Shown here: positions 61,201-64,000 of the stretch, in pieces | Numbering within the stretch: the stretch's first letter is position 1 | How the letters are laid out: each line of letters opens with the position of its first letter | Assembly: GCA_964486065.1 (NCBI GenBank) | Contig: CAZAKN010000002.1 | Location: 29,452 to 93,451, forward strand | Direction of reading: 5' to 3' | Origin: an uncultured Gammaproteobacteria bacterium | GTDB taxonomy: Bacteria > Patescibacteriota > Patescibacteriia > UBA11705 > JABHMO01 | Length of the DNA: 64,000 nt | Made by a program: the position numbers and the translations under genes | The notes under the pieces: generated by a model | Told to the model about the DNA's origin: nothing | The model's input: only the letters and a program-made list of their open reading frames with translations | Databases searched by the model: none

Positions 61201-62122
61201 GCACGGAAGCCAAGACCATGTGTTCCGGTTTAATGCCGTTCTTTTTTAAACTTTTTAACAATTTGATACGATTGACAATTTTTTTTGATTTTTGAGAATT
61301 ATCGTCTTTTACTTCGGCTTCCAATTGCTTTATCATTTCATCAACATCAATCTTTTCCAACATTTTTCTAACCGCCTCAGCGCCAATTCCGGCTTCAAAC
61401 ACATGTCCATATTTCAAAGACATATCTTGGTATTCCAATTCGGAAATAATCTTTAATTCTTTCAAATCTCGCAATTCTTTTTCCGTAAAATTGAAATCAT
61501 CAGCCAATTCTTGCAATTCTTGATCTTTGGTTTCATTGAGCGCGATCAATTGGCTTTCTTTTTCATCGGCGGACAAATCAGCATTTTTTTGGATATTTTC
61601 GATTTTTTGCTTAAACTGAGCATCAATGGTTTTTTGTTTGGAAACATATTCTTTTTTCAAATTAGCCAATTCTTCTTTGCGCAATTCATCATTTACTTCG
61701 GTGACCAAAAAATTAGCAAAATAAATAACTTTTTCCAATTTTTGAATTGATAAATCCAAAATCAAACCAATCTTGGACGGAATACCCCGTAAAAACCAAA
61801 TGTGACTGACCGGCACGGACAAATCAACATGCCCCATGCGTTGACGACGAACCACAGCGCGGGTAACTTCCACTCCGCACTTGTCACAAATAATACCTTT
61901 GTAACGAATTTTTTTATATTTACCGCAGTAACATTCCCAATCTTTGGTGGGACCAAAAATTTTCTCGCAAAACAACCCGTCTTTTTCCGGTTTCTGGGTA
62001 CGATAATTAATTGTCTCGGGACGAGTCACCTCGCCATGCGACCAACTATGAACATCTTCGGGGGAAGCTAATTTCAATTTGATGGCATCAAAGTCATCAA
62101 TTTTTAAAGTATCTACACTCAT
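58208..62122 (-). CDS. rpoC: RNA polymerase beta' subunit
   Basis: Zn-finger CYCGKY/CDKC, NADFDGD, GEPGTQLTMRTFH, ENVIIGRLIPAGTG. Confidence 0.98.
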   Translation of the reverse strand: MSVDTLKIDDFDAIKLKLASPEDVHSWSHGEVTRPETINYRTQKPEKDGLFCEKIFGPTKDWECYCGKYKKIRYKGIICDKCGVEVTRAVVRRQRMGHVDLSVPVSHIWFLRGIPSKIGLILDLSIQKLEKVIYFANFLVTEVNDELRKEELANLKKEYVSKQKTIDAQFKQKIENIQKNADLSADEKESQLIALNETKDQELQELADDFNFTEKELRDLKELKIISELEYQDMSLKYGHVFEAGIGAEAVRKMLEKIDVDEMIKQLEAEVKDDNSQKSKKIVNRIKLLKSLKKNGIKPEHMVLASVPVIPPDLRPMVPLDGGRFATSDLNDLYRRVISRNNRLKRLMELNAPEVITRNEKRMLQEAVDALIDNSARHSKTTTASTGQKRKLKSIADYLKGKRGRFRQNLLGKRIDYSGRSVIVIGPSLAIDQCGIPKKMALELFKPFVISRLIKNEFVHNIRSANRFIESDRPEVWDILENIVAGANVLLNRAPTLHRLGIQAFQPVLIEGKAIRLHPLVCSAFNADFDGDQMAVHVPLTEEAKKEAKELMLSANNLLKPATGNPVTTPSMDMVWGSFYVTSIQKEEAPVKTFASINEAKVAHSLGKITLRQPLKIRIDEQAGELAEKFESGLAETTLGRILFNELLPAKLPYYNEVIDKKKMGAIVQLCLEFYGFEKTASVLDAIKNFGFAQLTKSGFSWGIGNLPDIKGKKELVEQGEKMVEEVQSQYEEGLLTADERYTKIIEIWTKIKDQTTQLSSESLDPEGPVYSMINSGARGSWGQLSQMLGMKGLVINPSGQIMELPVKANFKEGFQVLEYYISTHGTRKGLSDTALRTANAGYLTRRLVDVSQDIVIMEDDCGDTEGKLITAEESEIMGQKLADRVVGRYVVDPIIDPETKKEVVPAGEIITEQLAREMHKMDIKEVKIRSALSCKCKKGICRKCYGFDLAFNKPVEFGTAVGAIAAQSIGEPGTQLTMRTFHTGGVAGASDITQGLPRVEEVFEARPPKKKALIAEVEGLVSIEEQKRVIKSGKSEIVAKSSFSERILKINYKDTEEVEYKLPKDAKVEVKDDDLISQNDVLYLDAAKKKVKSKTFGKAKVEDDKISVITEVNGEKEYVVPAGTVLWVKDGDKVEKGQQLTEGSIDLSQLFKVSGKRAVQDYILREIQHIYSSQGQKLNDKHVEIIARQMFSRVYVNDAGDTDLLEGEVVERTAFLQANDALEKGQKPAKAEDVFLGISKVSLSTTSWLSAASFQETAKVLINAAVTGKIDNLEGLKENVIIGRLIPAGTGFRAKEKKEKAEA

Positions 62123-62146
62123 ATTATGTTAATTTATTTTAATTAA

Positions 62147-64000
62147 TTATTCTTGATCCGAAGAATTTTCTTGTTCTTCACTGACCGCGGAAACCAAATT
62201 TTTCATTTTTTCTTCTACTTCCCCTTCCACCGCGAATTCTTCACGAGCTTTGCGCCTTTGCGCCATTTCTTGTTTTCTTTCTTCTTCCGCTCTGGCTTCC
62301 AGAATTTCTTGAGTAACCTTTTCTCCATCTTTCAAAAGTTCCACATCCAAAGCCAATCCTTTCAATTCGCGAATCAAAACATTGAAAGATTCCGGAACAT
62401 TCAATCTTTTTATCGGCTCACCTTTGATAATTGATTCATAGGCCTTGGCGCGTCCCAAAACATCATCGGATTTAATGGTAAGTATTTCTTGCAAAGTATG
62501 CGCCGCACCATAAGCTTCCAATGCCCATACTTCCATTTCTCCGAATCTCTGCCCACCGAATTGAGCTTTTCCCCCCAAGGGTTGTTGAGTAATCAAAGAG
62601 TAAGGACCAATTGATCTTTGGTGAATTTTATCTTCCACCATATGGTTCAATTTCAACATGTAATTAATACCAACCGTAATTTTATGGTCAAAAGCTTCTC
62701 CGGTTTTTCCGTCATACAATTGCAATTGACCGTCCACCGGGTAACCGGCTTTTTCCAATTCTCCTTGAATTATTTCCAAAGGCACGCCGTTTAACACTGG
62801 AGTAGCTACTTTATATCCCAAAGTTCTGGCCGCCAAGCCCAAATGCGTTTCCAAAATCTGTCCCAAATTCATACGAGAAGCAATACCAAGCGGAGTTAGA
62901 ATAATATCCACCGGTGTGCCATCTTCCATGAACGGCAAATCTTCCACCGGCACGATGCGAGAAATAACACCTTTGTTCCCATGGCGTCCGGCCAATTTGT
63001 CACCAACTTGGATTTTTCGCAAATTGGCGATGGTAACTTGAATTGATTTAATAACTCCGGGAGAAAGTTTATCACCGTTCTCTTGGCTGAAAACTCTGAT
63101 ATCCACGACTTTGCCGTGCTCTCCATGTTCCAAGCGCAAAGAAGTATCACGAACATCTCTGGCTTTTTCTCCGAAAATGGCTTTTAACAATTTTTCCTCA
63201 GCTGACAATTCCGTTTCTCCTTTCGGAGTAATCTTACCCACCAAAATATCGCCGGATTTTACCGTAGCGCCAATGCGCACGATTCCTTCGGCATCAAGAT
63301 TTTTTAATTTTTCTTCACTGATATTCGGGATATCAGCGGTTACCACTTCGGGTCCTAATTTGGTATCGCGAACATCAATAGTGTAATTATCAATATGCAC
63401 CGAGGAATATGTGTCATTATGCACCAAGCGTTCAGAAATAATGATGGCGTCTTCATAGTTATAACCTTCCCAAGCCATATACGCCACCAAAGCATTTTGC
63501 CCAAGCGCCAATTCTCCGTTCTGAATTGAAGGACCATCCGCCAAAACTTGTCCTTTTTTAACTTTTTCACCCAGGTCAACAATCGGTCTTTGATCAATAC
63601 TGGTAGACGCGTTGGAACATTCGTATTTATTTAATTTAAATTTGTGAAGTTCACCTTTTTTATCAAGTAAATGAATTTCATTGGCCTGCACTTTTACAAT
63701 TTCACCATCTTGCGGAGCCAAAACACAATGCCCGGAATCCTCCGCGGCTTTGGCTTCAATACCCGTACCGACAACCGGAGAATCAGGTTTAACGCAAGGA
63801 ACGGCCTGCCGTTGCATGTTCGTTCCCATCAGCGCACGAGTGGCATCATCATTTTCCAAGAAAGGAATCAAAGAAGTTCCCACGCTGACGATTTGATTGG
63901 ATGAAACATCCATGTAATCAATTTTGTAAATATGATCAATGGTCGGAACCCCGTAACGACGAACTTCCACTTTGTCGGAATCAAATTTTCCTTTTTCGGT
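62147..64000 (-). CDS. rpoB: RNA polymerase beta subunit, C-terminal part (runs off right edge)
   Basis: [36 protein letters not shown]; frame open to 64000. Confidence 0.98.
   Translation of the reverse strand, partial: TEKGKFDSDKVEVRRYGVPTIDHIYKIDYMDVSSNQIVSVGTSLIPFLENDDATRALMGTNMQRQAVPCVKPDSPVVGTGIEAKAAEDSGHCVLAPQDGEIVKVQANEIHLLDKKGELHKFKLNKYECSNASTSIDQRPIVDLGEKVKKGQVLADGPSIQNGELALGQNALVAYMAWEGYNYEDAIIISERLVHNDTYSSVHIDNYTIDVRDTKLGPEVVTADIPNISEEKLKNLDAEGIVRIGATVKSGDILVGKITPKGETELSAEEKLLKAIFGEKARDVRDTSLRLEHGEHGKVVDIRVFSQENGDKLSPGVIKSIQVTIANLRKIQVGDKLAGRHGNKGVISRIVPVEDLPFMEDGTPVDIILTPLGIASRMNLGQILETHLGLAARTLGYKVATPVLNGVPLEIIQGELEKAGYPVDGQLQLYDGKTGEAFDHKITVGINYMLKLNHMVEDKIHQRSIGPYSLITQQPLGGKAQFGGQRFGEMEVWALEAYGAAHTLQEILTIKSDDVLGRAKAYESIIKGEPIKRLNVPESFNVLIRELKGLALDVELLKDGEKVTQEILEARAEEERKQEMAQRRKAREEFAVEGEVEEKMKNLVSAVSEEQENSSDQE

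Overview
Chromosomal window from a small-genome, AT-rich bacterium using genetic code 11. Gene content (DUF4012, TrmB-type regulator, stand-alone SWIB domain, mostly SD-less core genes) suggests Patescibacteria/CPR; this is an inference. It carries housekeeping genes (5' dnaE, pyk, argS-tyrS-valS, leuS, rnhB, gdhA, trxB/trxA, infB, ftsH, rpoC, 3' rpoB), four tRNAs, a three-gene GT2 cluster and an ~18 kb surface-glycan locus (ligase, gmd, fcl, flippase, many GTs/MTases, priming transferase) with an AT-rich core containing decayed genes. The best novelty candidate is at 24005-24665: a TTGTCT-17-TATAAT promoter and a strong terminator bracket an ~620-nt RNA. Its 5' and 3' ends pair, it contains nested long-range helices whose wobble substitutions favour the + strand, and it encloses a 70-aa SD-led ORF whose SD/AUG can be sequestered by a distal anti-SD. 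A TrmB-family regulator is divergently adjacent. Other notable items: tRNA-Ile with a UAU anticodon, an unannotated Cys-containing ribbon-helix-helix gene with a palindromic operator heading the thioredoxin cluster, an AT-rich in-frame insertion in ValRS, and scattered self-contained SD-led orphan genes. All RNA pairings were read by eye, not computed.
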